Below, in pieces: positions 1-13,324 of a stretch of DNA of 64,000 bases; positions within the stretch are counted from its first letter, which is position 1, and each line of letters starts with the position of its first letter. The position numbers and the translations under genes are program-made. The DNA comes from Mobula hypostoma (lineage: Eukaryota): the NCBI RefSeq assembly GCF_963921235.1, contig NC_086108.1, positions 106,332,001-106,396,000 on the forward strand, in the 5' to 3' direction. The notes under the pieces were generated by a model that made no database searches, was not told where the DNA came from, and saw nothing but the letters and a program-made list of their open reading frames with translations.

Positions 1-355
1 GAGGGGGAAGGAGCCAGAATAAGAAAGTCAGGGGGGAGAGGAAGTAGAAGAAGCTGGAAGGTGAGTGGTAAGCCAGGTGTGTAGGTTAGGGGCGAATGAA
101 GTAAAGTGATAGGTGGAAAAGGCGAAGGGCTGAAGAAGAAGGAATCTGACGAGAGAGCAGAGTGGACCGTGGGAGAAAGGGAAGGAGAACGGGCACCTGA
201 GGGATGTGATTGGCAGGTGAGGAGAAGAGTAAAGGTAAGAGTGGAGACAGAAAGGGGAATGGAAGAAGGGGGAGAGGAGGAAAAATTACCAGAAGTTGGA
301 GAAATCAAAGTTCATGCCATCAGTTTGGAGGATAGCCAGATGGAATATCAGGTAG
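1..355 (-). mobile_element. Penelope-like element 3' fragment (end of GIY-YIG ORF plus pyrimidine-rich 3' UTR)
   Basis: 'ttaccagaagttggagaaatcaaagttcatgccatcag' matches the PLE ORF ends at 33352 and 51721; purine-rich on the + strand like those copies. Confidence 0.75.
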
Positions 356-361
356 CTTAAG

Positions 362-1915
362 ATCAGAAGACATAAGAGCAGAATTAGGCCACTGGCTTCA
401 TTGAGTCAATTCCGCCGTTACAGCATGGCTGACTTATAGCGGATATTGGACCACTGGAAAATGATGCTGGAGAGATAGCTCTCAAATGATGCACTCAACT
501 CCATTCTCTTGCCTTCTCTCCATAACCAAGAACCTCTGCTTTAAATATGCTCAATTACTTGACTCCTCAGATGTCTGTGGCAAATAAATTCCACTGATTC
601 ACTACCTGCTGGATAAAGAAATTGCGTATTGTCCCTGTTCAAAATAGAGATCCCTCTATTCTGAGGCTGTGCCCTCTGGTCTTTCTTCCCCACTGTAGGA
701 AAAATCCTCTCTACTTCCACTCTATATAGGCCTTTCAATATTTAAAAGGTTTTAATGAGATCCACCCCCCTTCATCCTCCTAAACTCTAGCATGTACAGG
801 CCCAGAGTCAACAAATGCTCCTCAGATGTTAACCCTTTCATTCCAGGAATAATTCTCTGGAACTCCCCTGGACCCTTTCCAATGTCACCACATCTTTTCT
901 TAGATATGGGACCCAAAACTGCTCACAGTGCTGTATGACCAATACTTTATAAAGTTCCAGTGTTACACTCTTGCTTTTATATTCTTGTCCTCTTGAAATG
1001 AATGCTAACATTGCATTTGCCTTCCAACCTGCAAATTAACCTTTAGGAAATCCTGCATAAAGACTCCCAAATCCCTTTGCATTCCTGATTTTTTGAATTT
1101 TCTTCCCATTTAGAAAATAGTCTATGCTTTCATCCCTTCAACCAAAGTGCATGACAATACACCTCCCTACAGTATATACATCTGCTACTTCTTAGCCCAT
1201 TCTCCTAATCTGTTTTATGTCCTTCTGCAGACTTCCTACTTCCTCAACACTACCTGCTCCTCCACCTATCTTTGTATCATCTGCAAACTTGGCCACAAAA
1301 CCATGAACTCTATCATCCAAATCACTGGCATATAACCTGAACTGAAGCTGTCCCAACACATATCCATGAGGAATATCACGTCACCAGCAGCCAACCAAAA
1401 TAGTTCCCTTTATCCCTACCTTCAGACCTCTCAGCTTCCCAAGCACCTTCTCCATAGTAAAAGCAACTACACTCACTCTGCCTCCTGCCACTCTTGAATT
1501 TCTAGCATACTGCTAGTGTCCTCCACTGTGATGACTGATGTGAAATAGTTACTAGCTTCATCTTCCACTTCTTTAGTCCCCGTTACTATCTCTCCAGCAT
1601 CATTTTCCAGTGGTCCAATATCCACTATTGCCTCTCTTTTACTCTTTATTTATTTGGGGGGAAAAAAAGTTCTGGTATCCTCTTTGGTACATTTGGTTAG
1701 CTAATGTTCATATTTTATCTTTTTTTGTCCTGGTTTCCTGGGTTGTCTTTTATTGGATTTTCAAAATTTCCCAATCCTCTAACTTTCTATTGATTTTTTG
1801 TTATATTATATGCCCTCTCTTTATATTCCTGTTGTCCTTGATTTCTCATCGTTCACAGATGCTTCATCGTTCCTTTAAATATTTCTTTATCTTTCGGATG
1901 TATTTGGGATGTTGG
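362..1915 (-). mobile_element. Degenerate, internally deleted CR1 LINE fragments
   Basis: Similar to the CR1 3' ends and RT segments elsewhere in the window (e.g. 36605-38902); many stops and deletions. Confidence 0.7.
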
Positions 1916-2257
1916 GATGACTATTGATTTCGGAACGAGGAAACCAGAGGTCCATAAGTCTATCCTCATTGGGGAATCAGAGTGGAGAAGGTCAGCAACT
2001 TTAATTATTTGGTGTTATCATTTCAGATGATCTACCCTGGGCCCAGCGTGTAAGTGTCACCACGGACAAAGCATAGCAGAGCTACTATGTCCTCAGAGGT
2101 TTGCGGAGATTCGGCATGGCATCTGAAGCTTTGACAAACATCTGCAGATGTGTGGTGAAGAATATATTGACTGGCTGTATCACGGCCTGGTATGGAAACA
2201 CCAGTGCCTTGAATGGAAAACCTGACAAATACCACCCAGCGCATCCCGGGTAAAGCC

Positions 2258-2818
2258 TGTTAGAGTGAGGTTTTTTTGGGTAGATGATTTGTTTACACGT
2301 AAATGACTTTAGCCGCCAGACTTCTATTTGACAAAGTACTGTGGACTGAATCCACAACAATGCGCTTCCTAAAAAGGTGTGAATACCAGATACTTCTGGC
2401 GCCGTAGTTCGACTGGATGCTGTAGTTTCAAAGACAGTATTATCTATACTTTATAAATATTAATTGTCTTCTATGTTAGCAGGCAAAATGCCAAATAAAT
2501 GTATTGTGGATTTAACTTGCATTCCTAAATGCTGTGGATACCAACCCAGACAAGTTGGCATCGTAAGGAAAGGATGAAGTCAGAAGCTGTGGTGTTTGTA
2601 TGTAGCGTCAAAAGGAAGCATTGTCTATAACTTTTTAAGTAGCGATTGCCTTTGTGTTTAGCATATAAATATCGAGCCGACACTGGGCTAGCAGACCTCT
2701 CTACCGAAAGCATCTCCGTCCGTATGATGCCTGCTGTACCTTGTTGTGTCAAATAAAGAAGCTGCTTTGCATCTACCAGTGACTCTGTCTCTCCGATGAT
2801 TTCATCCACACTACAACA
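2258..2818. mobile_element. Solo LTR (outer, ~240 bp excluding the inner LTR)
   Basis: TGTT...AACA termini; 5-bp TSD aagcc (2253-2257) / aagct (2819-2823) interrupting a Rex1-like element. Confidence 0.55.
2500..2815 (+). mobile_element. Solo LTR (inner, 316 bp)
   Basis: Terminal inverted repeat TGTATTGTGGA / TCCACACTACA (1 mismatch); TATAAA ~2664; AATAAA ~2752; 5-bp TSD ataaa/acaaa. Confidence 0.7.
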
Positions 2819-3087
2819 AAGCTCTCCAAACCATTGTGCACATCTATATCACAGAAAATCAGCATTCGTCATCAAGGACCCAAACCACCCAGGCCATGCT
2901 CTCTTCTCACTGCTGCCATCAGGAAGTAAGTTTTGGATCGTCAGGACCCACACCAGCATCTTCAAGAGTAGTTATTAATTCTCAGCTATCAGGCTCTTGA
3001 ACTAGAAGGGATAACTTTACCCACCCCAAAACTGAACTGTTCCCACAATTTATGGACTTACTTTCAAGGACTCTTCAACTCATGTTA

Positions 3088-3505
3088 AAAACATAGAAAA
3101 CCTACAGCACAATACAGGTCCTTCAGCTCACAAAGCTGTGCCGAACATGTCCCTACCTTAGAAATTACTAGGCTTTACCCATAGCCCTCTATTTTCCTAA
3201 GCTCCATATAGCCTTTCAGGAGTCTCTTAAAAGACCCCATCGTTTCCACCTCCACCACCGCCACTGGCAGCCCATTCCACACACTCACCCCTCTCTGCAT
3301 AAAAAACTTACACCTGATATCTCCTCTGTACCTACTTCCAAGCACCTTAAAACTGTGCCCTTTTGTGGCAGCCATTTCAGCCCTGGGAAAAAGCCTCTGA
3401 CTATCCACACAATCAATGCTTCTCATCATCATATACGCCTCTATCAGGTCACCTCTCATCCTCCATCGCTCCAAGGAGAAAAGGCCGAGTTCACTCAACC
3501 TGTTT
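3088..3505 (-). mobile_element. CR1 LINE 3' end
   Basis: ORF 3175-3498 '[19 protein letters not shown]...RGVSVWNGLP' is the CR1 ORF2 C-terminus; tctatgtt-type tail. Confidence 0.9.
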
Positions 3506-3699
3506 CTCGTTATTTGTTTGTTTTTTGTTTATTTATTTACTTGTTATTTTTCTTAAGTATTTGCTCAGTGGCTGTTTGTCCATCCTGTTGAGTGCAGTCT
3601 TTCATTATTTCTATTGTGACTCTTGGACTTACTGTGCATACAGGAAATCAAATCTCAGGGTCATATATGTACTTTGATGATAAATTAAATTGTACTTTA

Positions 3700-4690
3700 T
3701 ATCTATCCTGCACCTTCCAAATTGCCCGCAGAAACTCCAGCTATTGCTTTTCTGCCGTTGTCCCTGCTAGTGTCCCTTTCCAATCAACTTTGACCAGCTC
3801 CTCTCTCATGCTTCTGAACTGTAATACTGATATACTGATACATCTGACTTCATCTTCCTCTTCAAAACTGCCCAGTGAATTCTGTCACATTTTGATCGCT
3901 GCCTCCCAATGATTCCTTCACCTTAATCTCCCTAATCAAATCTAGTTCATTACTCAACACCCAATCCATAATTGCCTTTCAGCTAGTGGGCTCAACCACA
4001 AGCTTCTCTAAAAAACCATCTTGTAGGCCTGTGCAAGCAGTTCCACAGATTCACCACTCCTTGGTGAAAGAAATTCCTCTTCATCTCTGTTATAAAAGGA
4101 CACCCCTCTATTCTGAGGCTGTGTCCTCTGGTCTTTGACTCTACCACCAGAGGAAACATCCTCTCCACATCCACTCTATCACCATTCAATATGTTCCAAT
4201 GAGGTCACCCCTCATTCAAGTCCTCCCCAACAGCTCTAGTAAACTGATGGCAAGGATATTGATCCCCCTTGAGTTCCAGTGCACCCTATCTTTTTCTCCT
4301 TTTACATACAGGTCACACCTGGCCCAGAAGAAACCTCTTCTTCCTTTCTACCTATGTCATTGGTGCCAATGTGGGTCACAAATTCTGGCTGCTCACCCTC
4401 CCTATTGAGAACAGTCAGTAGCCACACTGTGACATCCTGTACCTCAGCACCCAGAAGTCAACACACCATCCTGGCTTGTCTTTTGCAGCCATGTCCACAT
4501 CCCTCCCTACTTAACTATCGAGACTCCTATCACTACCGCTCCACCTGACCTTACCCTTCCTTGCTGAACCTCAGAGCCAGCCACAGTACAACTCATCCTT
4601 CCCCCTATCCCCAGCAATGTCCAAAGGGGTACACTTGTTGCTGAGGAGAATGACCATAGGGTTGAAATAAGGGGCATCTTCTCCCTCCCT
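3700..4690 (-). mobile_element. CR1 fragments including deleted ORF1 (SGNH esterase-like) remnants
   Basis: 'AVVIGVSIVK' resembles 'AVVIGDSIVR' of the CR1 ORF1 at 17096-17434; CR1 3' piece at 4040-4215. Confidence 0.65.
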
Positions 4691-4864
4691 TTCCCATCCC
4701 GATGAAGGTTCACAGCCCAAAATGTCAGCTGTTTTCCCTAGATGTTACCTGACCTGCTGAGTTCATCCAGCATCTTGTGTGTGTTGCTCTGGATTTCCAG
4801 CATCTGCAAAATCTCCTGCGTCCTTCATCCTTGATGTGGATTTTCAGAAGACTTCAATATGGCA

Positions 4865-5067
4865 TTACTGAAGAGGCTGCTGCACAATGTCAGGGCTGAG
4901 GATTGGAGGAGAATTTGAGCATGTATTGAGGTTTGCCTGGGAAGCAGATTCAGGGACTGAATTAATGACTGGCTTGAGGGCAGCGAGGGGGTTTTGAGTA
5001 CAGCGAGGTAGACTTGGTTCAGGTGTAAACGATTCACTTTTTAACCTTCTGTCTTCATATAGATCCA
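4865..5067 (-). CDS. Candidate coding exon of an unidentified host gene (terminal, or internal if CA|GTAATG at 4869 is used): xDLYEDRRLKSESFTPEPSLPRCTQNPLAALKPVINSVPESASQANLNTCSNSPPILSPDIVQQPLQ*
   Basis: Non-repetitive island; pyrimidine tract plus acceptor 'ctttctttcctaatgcaccag|TG'; open frame to TAA at 4865; S/P-rich, protein-like composition. Confidence 0.55.
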
Positions 5068-7985
5068 CTGGTGCATTAGGAAAGAAAGTCTTACAAAACC
5101 TCATGCAAAGCTGAGAGCTTTTAACTTCAAAGATATTAGACCAATGAATCACATTTACAGGATAGCAAAGAGGCCTGTGTAATTTCAGATTCAGAATTAC
5201 GTTTACTTTCTCTGACATATGTCATGAAATTTGTTGTTTTACGGCAACAGTGCACTGCAATCCAAAAAAAAATTATAAGTTAAAATAAGAAATATATAGA
5301 ACATTAACCAAGCAGTGCAGAAAGAGCAAAATAGTGAGATCTGATGTTGAGAGGAAGATTCTGTTTCCAAAATGCTGAGTGCGTGACTTCAGGTTATATC
5401 TAGAACATAAAAGAGTTCAGGTCAGGAACAGGCCATTCAGCCACAATGTTGTACCAAACCAGCTGAAAACCAAATCAAAAACAGCCAAACACTAATCCCT
5501 TCTATTAACACCAAATCCTTATCTCTCCATCTACCTACATCCATATGCCTATCCAAACTTCTCTTAAAAAGCCCCAAACGTATTTGCCTCTAACACCATA
5601 CCAGTTAGCATGTTGCAGGCATTCAGGAATGGGTTAAAAAAAACTTTTCCCTCACATCCCCCTTGAACCTACTCCCTCACACCTTCAATGCATGCCTTCT
5701 GGTATTAGACATTTCAACCCTGGGAAACAGATACTCTCTGTCCACTCCATCCATGCCTTAAATAATCTTGTAAACCTCTATTAGATCTTCCCTCAGCCTC
5801 CGACACACCAGAGAAAACAACCCAAGTTTATGTAGCCTTTCATTATAGCACATGCCCTTTAAACATCCTGGCAAACCTCTTCTACACACCCTCCAAAGCT
5901 TCAATATCCTTCCTCCAGTGGGACAAGCAGAACTGTACACAATACTCCAGACGTGGCCTTCGCAGAGCTTTATGAAGTTGCAACATAGCCTGCACCGAGT
6001 CAGCTTCAACTAATAAAGCGGGCATTCCACTAGCCTTCTTAACCACCTTATTGACCTGTACAACCACTTTCAAGGATCTGTGAACTTGGGAATCCCAAGA
6101 TCTCTCTCCTCAGCAACACTGCTAACAACCTTGCCTTTAACAGTATACTGCCTCTTTGCATTTACCCTACTGAAGTGCGAACCCTCGTACTTATCTGGGT
6201 TAAACTCCATCTGCCATTTCTCAGCCCATATCTGCAAATGATCTATCTTGTGCTATATTCCTGGTCAGTCCTCTACACTATCCTCAACTCCACCAATCTT
6301 GGTATCATCTGCAAATTTACTAACCCACCATCTACATTTTCATCTAGGCCATTTATATGCATTACAAGCAACAGAGGTCCCAGCACAGATGCCTATGGAA
6401 CTCCACGAATTACAGACCTCCAGCTCCAATGAGTCCCTTCAACCTCTACCCTCTGTCTTTGATGTGCAAGTCAGTTCTGAATCCGAACAGCCAATCTGCC
6501 ATGGACCCCATGTATCTTAATCTTCTGGATTAGCCTCCCATGAGGGACTTTGTCAAGCACCTCATTAAAATCCATCTAGACAACATCCACTGCCCTAGCC
6601 TCATCAATCTCTCTCATCACCTTCTCAAAAACTCAATCAAGTTCTTAAGGCATTACCTGCTACGCACAAAGCTATGCTGGTGATGGCTAATTAGGCCATG
6701 GATTTCCATATATCCTACCACTAAGAATGTTCTCCAGCATTTGCCCTACAGCTGATGTGAAACTCATCAGTCTATAGTTCCCAGGATTTTCCCTTGCTCA
6801 TTTCTGAAATAGAGGTACATTAGCCACTCACCATTCCTCCAGGACCTCGCCTGCAGCTAGAAAGGACACAAGGATAGTGGTCAAGGTCTAATCAAACTCA
6901 TCTCTTGCTTCCCTCAATAACCTGGGGTAAATCATGCCTAGGGACTTAGCCACTTTGACACCCATAAGGAGGTCCAACACTTTCTCCTTCTTGACCCTAA
7001 AATATTTACAATGCCTATAAAGAGTATTTCTCTTTATAGGCACTGTAAGCCAGAGGTTTTCATGTTTTATTGTTTTACACAATGGTTTTAGTTTGGCTTT
7101 TTTGACACGAATCAAGAGAAAAACACTTTCATGTCAAAGTGAAAACAGATCTATACAAAGTCAGCTAAGTTAATTATAAATATAAAACACAAAATAATTG
7201 CTTAAGTATTCACGGCCTTCAAGTCAGTATTTAGTAGCTGCACTTTTGGCAGCAATTACAGCCTTGAGTCTGTGTGGATAAGTCTCAATCAGCTTTGCAC
7301 ATTTGGACATTGCAATTTTTCCCCCATTCTTCTTTATGAAACTGCTCAAACTCTGTCAGATCACCTGGATGTGGTGAGTGAGCAGCCGTTTTCCAAGTCC
7401 AGACATAAACTCTCAATTGGATTAAGGTCTGGACTCTGAATCAGCCACTCCAGGACATTAACTTTGTTGTTTTAAAGCCATTCCTGTGTAGCACTGGCTT
7501 TATGCTTGGGGTTATTGTCCTGCTGAAAAACAAATCTTCTCTCAAGTCACATTTCTATTGTAGACTGCATCAGGTTTTCCTCCAGGATTTCTCTATATTG
7601 TGCTGCATTCATTTTACTCTGTACCTTCACAAGCCTTCCAGGGCCTACTGCAGTGAAGTATCTCAACAGCATAATGCAGCCATCACCATGCATCACAGTG
7701 GGGATGGTTCATTTTTGAATATGTGCATAAGACAAACATAGCATTTAACCTAATGGTCAAAAAGCTCAATTTTAGTTTCATCATACCATAGTACCTTTTT
7801 CCAATTGACTTCAGAGTCTCACACATGCCTTCTGGCAACTCTAGCTGAGATTTCATGTAAGACTTTTCAAATGTGGCTTTCTCTTTGCCATTCTCCTATA
7901 AAGCTACAACTGGTGAAGCACGCAGGCAACAGTTGTTACATGTGCAATCTCTACATCACAGCCACTGAAGCTTGTAACTCCTCCA

Positions 7986-9324
7986 TTTCCCATTTCCAAA
8001 TGTCAGTCCTTAGCCTTGTCTATTGTCATGATAAGGCCACTCTCAGACTGGAGGAGCAATACCTTACACTCCATTTGGGTAACCTCTGAACTGATGGCAA
8101 AAACATCAATTTCTTAAACCCAACACAAATCAAAGTTGCTGGTGAACGCAGCAGGCCTGACAGCATCTCTGGGAAGAGGTACAGTCAACATTTCGGGCCA
8201 AGACCCTTCGTCAGGACTAACTGAAAGAAGAGCTACTAAGAGATTTGAAAGTGGGAGGGGTAGGGGGAGGAGGAGATCCAAAATGATAGGAGAAGACAGG
8301 AGGGGGAGGGATGGAGCCAAGAGCTGGACAGTTGTTTGGCAAAAGGGATATGAGAGGATCATGAGACGGGAGGCCTAGGGAGAAAGAAAAGGGGGAGGGG
8401 GTGGAGCCCAGAGGATGGGCAAGGGGTATAGCGAGAGGGGCAGAAGGAGAAAAAGGAGAAAGAGAAAGAATGTGTGTATATAAATAAATAAATAATGGAT
8501 GGGGTACGAGGGGGAGGTGGGGCATTAGCGGAAGTTTGAGAAGTCAATGTTTATGCCATCAGGTTGGAGGCTACCTGATGGCATGAACATTGCATGATGC
8601 TCTGTCTGCCAGAGAAAGCAGGATCTCCCAGTGGCCACATGTTTTGATTCCATGTCCCATTTCCATTCTGATTATGTCTAACCACGGCCTCCTCTACTGT
8701 AAAAATGAAGCCACACTCAGGTCTGAGTAGCCTTTCGGATCTCCCCCTCCCCCTTTCAAATCTCTTACTAGCTCTTCCTTCAGTTAGTCCTGATGAAGAG
8801 TCCAAAACTTCAACTGTGCCTCTTCCTAGAGATGCTGCCTGGCCTGCTGCATTCACCAGCAACTTCTTTGTGTGTTGCTTGAAATTCCAGCATCTGCAGA
8901 TTTCCTCATGTTTGAATTTTTTAAACCCTTCATCATTCCCCATCTCCTTTTCCGTCTCTCACCTCATCTCCTTGCCTGCCCATTGCCCCTCTCGCACTCC
9001 TTCCTTTTTTCTTTCTTCCATAGCCTTCTGTCCTCTCCTATTAGATTTCCCCCTTTCTCCAGCCCTGTATCTCTTTCACCAACCAACTTTCCAAATCTTT
9101 ACTTCACTCCTCTCCCTCATTTCCTGGTTTCACCTGTCACCTTGAGTTTCTCTATCCCCTCCCCCCACCTTTTAACTCTCCCCGCCCTTCCCCACCCCCC
9201 AGTCCTGGTAAAGGGTCTCAGCCCAAAACATCAGCTGTACCATAGATGCTGCCTGGCCTACTAAGTTCCTCCAGCATTTTGTGTGTATTGTTTGGATTTC
9301 CAGCATCTGCAGATTTTCTCTTGT
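7986..9324 (+). mobile_element. Penelope-like element 3' fragment inserted in Tc1
   Basis: 'YCHDKATLRLEEQYL' GIY-YIG C-terminus; exact 14-bp TSD ttgtaactcctcca at 7972-7985 and 9325-9338. Confidence 0.85.
8122..8914. mobile_element. Second PLE subfamily, fold-back insertion inside the first PLE
   Basis: Inverted arms ~8122-8290 vs ~8730-8880; 14-bp TSD aatttcttaaaccc (8108-8121) / aattttttaaaccc (8915-8928). Confidence 0.8.
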
Positions 9325-12300
9325 TTGTAACTCCTCCAGAATTGTTATAGGTCTCTTGGTGGCTTCTCTCACTAGTGCTTGCATGGTCACTCAATTTTTG
9401 AGGGCAGCATGTTCTAGGCATACTTACCACTGTGCCATATTTCCATTCCTCGATGATTGACTTAACTGTACTCCAAGTGATATTCAGTGACTTGGAAATT
9501 TTCCTGTATCTGTCCACAGACTTGTGCTTTTCAATAACCTTTACACAGAGTTCCTTAGACTGTTCTTTTGTCTTCATAGTGCAGATACTAACTCACTAGC
9601 AGTTGGACCTTTCAGATGTAGGTGTAGATTCACTACCATCAATTGAAGCATCTTGACTGCACACAGATGATCTCCATTTAACTAATTATGAGACCTCTGA
9701 AACTAATTAACTGCACTAGTGATGATTTGGTGCATCATATTAAAGGAGGTGAATACTTATGTAATCAATTATTTTGTGTTTTATATTTTTAATTAATTTA
9801 AATCATTTTGCAGAGATCTGTTTTTACTTTGGCGCGAAAGAGTCTTTTTCTATTGATCAGTGTCAGAAAAACCAAAATAAATCCACTGTGATTCAATGTT
9901 ATAAAACAATAAAATATGATAACTTCCAAGATGGGTGAATACTTTTCATAGGGACTGTATACACCCAACACTGGTCTCTTGGCTCTCATGTCTTTTTCTC
10001 TGGTAAACACTGAAGCAAACCACTTATTAAGTACCTCACTCACATTCTCTGCCTTGGGATTCACCTTAATCCTACTTGCCACAGTCTTTTAATGGCGCCT
10101 CCCGGCTTTCCTAATTCCCTTCTTTAGTTCTTTTCTGGTGTCTTTATACTCCTCATGTGCTTCATTTGATCCTAACTTCTGAAGCTTTACATACTTTTCC
10201 TTTTTCTTCTTGACTAAATCCATCATCTCTCTGAACATCCAAGGTCCTCTTATCTTTCCATCCCTGTACTTCCTTCCGACAAGAACATAGCTTTCCTGTA
10301 CTCTGTGCGATTGATCTTTAAACACCCTCCACATGTCTGATGTGGACTTGCCAGAGAAAAGGTATCCCAAATAATGCTTCTTAGTTCCTACCTAATGCCC
10401 TCGTAATTTACCCTACTGCAATTTAAAATTCTCCCACAAGGACCATACCTATCCTTATCAATATCTATCCTGAAAGTTAAGGAGTTATGGCCACTGTTCG
10501 CTAACTGCTCATGCACTGTAAGGTCAGTACAGCCCCTCCTCTCACTAGACCATCCAAGAAACCTTCCTGGATACCTCATCTAAACCCCTTACACTAAGAA
10601 GGTTCTGGTTTATGTTAGGGAAGTTGAAATTCCGCATGATAACAACGCTATTATTTTACATATTTCCTTAATAAGATTACATATCTGTTCCTCAATGTCC
10701 TGGTGGCTCTGAGGGAGTCTGTAGCACAATCCCATCAGTGCGATTGCACCCTTCCTATTTCTGAATTCCACCCAAATGGACTCAGTGACTGACACCTTCA
10801 TTATGCCTCCACCTGAGTACTGCCGTGATATTGTCTCTGACTTGCAATGCAACTCCAATCCCTCTTTTACCTCCCTCTCTATCTTTTCTAAAACTTCAAA
10901 AACCTGTTACATTAATCACTCTCTCAACTAAATCTCAGTAATGTCCACAGCATTGTGGTTCCATGTACTGATCTGTGCTCTGTTCATCACCCTTACCCAT
11001 AATGCTCCTAGCGTTAAAATATGCTCACTTTGAAATATCTGACTCATCATACCTGTCATTTCACTTTTGCCTTTCAATACCATCTGACTTCTGGTCCGAT
11101 CCTTCCCTGACTGACCTGGGACGTCACCTCCCGGCCTCCTGCAGAACTAATAACATCAGCAAACCTCATGGCCAGGATATTGGTTCCCCTCCACTCCAGG
11201 TGCAGCCAGTCCTTCTTGTACAGGTTACCCCTTTCCCAGAAAAGGTTCCAGTGATCCAGGAACCTAAATCTCTATCCCCTGAACCACTTCCACAGTTATT
11301 CATTCATTTGTGCTGTCACTCCATTCCTACCTGCACTACAGACAGTAATCCAGAGATTAAAATCTTGAGTGTCCTCCTTTTCAGCCTTTTTTCTAACTCT
11401 ACGTACTCACTGCGTAGGACCTCTTCCCCTTTTCTGCCTATGTCATTGTGCCAATATGCACCACAACCTCTGGTTGCTCCCCCTCCCCCTTGAGAATATC
11501 CTGTAGCATCTCCAATAAGAAATGGACCCTAGCACCCGGAAGGCAATACACCAACCCGGTGTCTCTTTTGCAGCCACAGAGTCTCCTTTCTGTCTCTCTA
11601 ACTATTGAGCCCCCCATAACTACGACATTGCCTGACTTTACCCTTACCTCTCAAGCCTCAGAGGCGGCCACGGTGTCACTAGCCTGGCAGATGCTGCTGT
11701 GACGTGATGGGCCGTCCCTCCCCAGCAGACGTAGTCATCGGGGAAACGGTCAGGTATCCTGAATTCCCACATCTGACAGGAGGAGAGTTACACCCCGATG
11801 ACTCTACAGCAAAAAAGGAAAAGGCTTGTCTCCTCTTAACTGTGCCTTCGCCTGTTCACGTTGAATCCTGTTAAGCCAAAGTCTTCACACTCTATCACTG
11901 GTACACTCAAACGGAGGCCACTCTGCTTGAGCCTACCCTCCTTTTATTTGCAGCTGAGGTTAGTCCTCTGATGCCAACATTTCCATGACTGCACAGCCCA
12001 GGAGACGGGCCTTGTCCGAGTCTGCTCCTTTCGTCCTCTCCCTGACTTTAGTAGGCCTCTGACACCGATACACACTCCTCCCATCTGAGCCGACCAAAAA
12101 CAAAAAACCTCCTCCATGATGGAGAAATGATAAGAGGGTGGTCCTTAATGATAGGTGCTGCCTTCCTTTAGCATTGCCTTTTGGATCTGCTCTCCTTGAC
12201 GGTGGTGGGGGGAGAAACTTGTGCCCATGATGAAGCTGTGTGAGTTTACAACCCTCAACAGATTTTTCTGATCCTTTGCTGCATCCCCTCCATGCCAAAT

Positions 12301-12363
12301 AGAGATGCAACCAGCTAGAATGTCCTCCACGGTGAATCTGTTGAAGTGCTCGAGGTACGTCAC

Positions 12364-12430
12364 TGAGGACCAATTCTTGCCTTTGAACTTCTATATCCAG
12401 GTCAAGGGTAACAGCAGAATTAAGCATAGC
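12364..12430 (-). CDS. Candidate short internal exon (AMLNSAVTLDLDIEVQ...)
   Basis: Unique island; acceptor 'ctgtggtttcag|GCT'; only phase 0 stays open to the GT donor; donor uncertain (A|GTGACG at 12364 or GC donor AAG|GCAAGA at 12381). Confidence 0.35.
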
Positions 12431-12994
12431 CTGAAACCACAGTGCTCAGTAATGTAACAAAATACTATGCTCGCATCCATATGGACTCGTTTGAGGGAAG
12501 GTTTTTAAAAAAGATACCTCTTTTATGTTTAACAATTACAACTCTGTTCAGACAATTAAAAATAAAAGATACAAAATTATACACAAACAACCAGAATTAG
12601 AACAAAGAAAATAAATTGTCCATTCACCTGAAGATGTAAGAGCAGAATTAGGCCATTCGACCTATCCAGACTGCTCCACTATTCCGTCATGGCTGATTTA
12701 TTATCTCTCTCAAAGCCATTTTCCTCCCTTCTTCCTGTAACCTTTCATACTCTTACTATTTAAAAACCTCTCGACCTTAGCTTTAAATATACCCAATAGT
12801 TTTCAATGAGATCCCCAGATCATTCAAGTGAGCTTCCTTTAAGACACTCTCCAATGCCAACACATCATTTCTTAGATACGGTGCCTAAAACTGCTCACAA
12901 TACTCCAACTGCGATCTGGCAAAGGCCCTATAAAGTTCCAGCATTTTATCCTTGCTATTATATTCCAGTCCTCTCAAAGTGTCAAAATCACATC

Positions 12995-13245
12995 GCGGTA
13001 GCATGGTGGTTAGCTCAACGCTTTATGCTGTCAGCGGCCCAGGTTCATTTCCCGTCACTGTGTGTAAGGAGTTTGTATGTTCTCCCCATGACTATGTGCG
13101 TTTTCTCCAGGCACTCTGGTTTCCTCCCTCAATCTGGAGACGTAGCGGTTGGTACAGTAGGTTAATTGGTCATTGTAAATTGTCCCATGATGAGGCTAGT
13201 GTTAAACTGGGGCCTGCTCCCTGCTGTATCCCGACAAATAAAGTT
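12995..13245 (+). mobile_element. tRNA-derived V-SINE (HE1-like)
   Basis: A-box-like 'tagcatggtggttag', B-box-like 'ggttcatttcc', V-domain-like 'gagtttgtatgttctcccc...gcactctggtttcctcc'; further copies ~30825-31040, 48178-48340, 60890-61090 and several on the - strand. Confidence 0.75.
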
Positions 13246-13324
13246 AACCAATAAGGAGCAAGTTGCTGTCAACTAAATGGAACAAAAAGGAGAGTGCAAT
13301 TCTCAAATTACAGAAAGAAAGGAC

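Larger units (their letters stand above)
1930..3085 (+). mobile_element. Rex1/Babar-like LINE 3' fragment, split by nested solo LTRs
   Basis: Encodes 'VIKDPNHPGHALFSLLPSG' typical of the Rex1-like C-terminus; halves join across 2258-2818 (gggtaaagcc|...|aagctctcc). Confidence 0.75.
7009..9957 (-). mobile_element. Tc1-like DNA transposon with long TIRs and decayed transposase, interrupted by PLE insertions
   Basis: TA|CAATGCCTATAAAGAGTATT ... AATACTTTTCATAGGGACTG|TA; ~200-bp inverted ends; HTH N-term 'MKTKEQSKELCVKVIEKHKS..YRKISKSLNI..STVKSII'. Confidence 0.85.
5400..11950 (-). mobile_element. Near full-length decayed CR1 LINE (ORF1 esterase, APE, RT), interrupted by Tc1 at 7009-9957
   Basis: RT C-term 'RPRLEYCVQF' (5882-6073), linker 'IKVNPKA..LNKWFASVFTRE', APE 'ESIWVEFRNRKG..GLCYR', ORF1 remnants at 11100-11700. 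Confidence 0.85.

Noticed and set aside
2400..2432. ACTACA/ZNF143-like promoter motif on the minus strand
   Set aside because: Imperfect match lying inside a solo LTR; no CpG island
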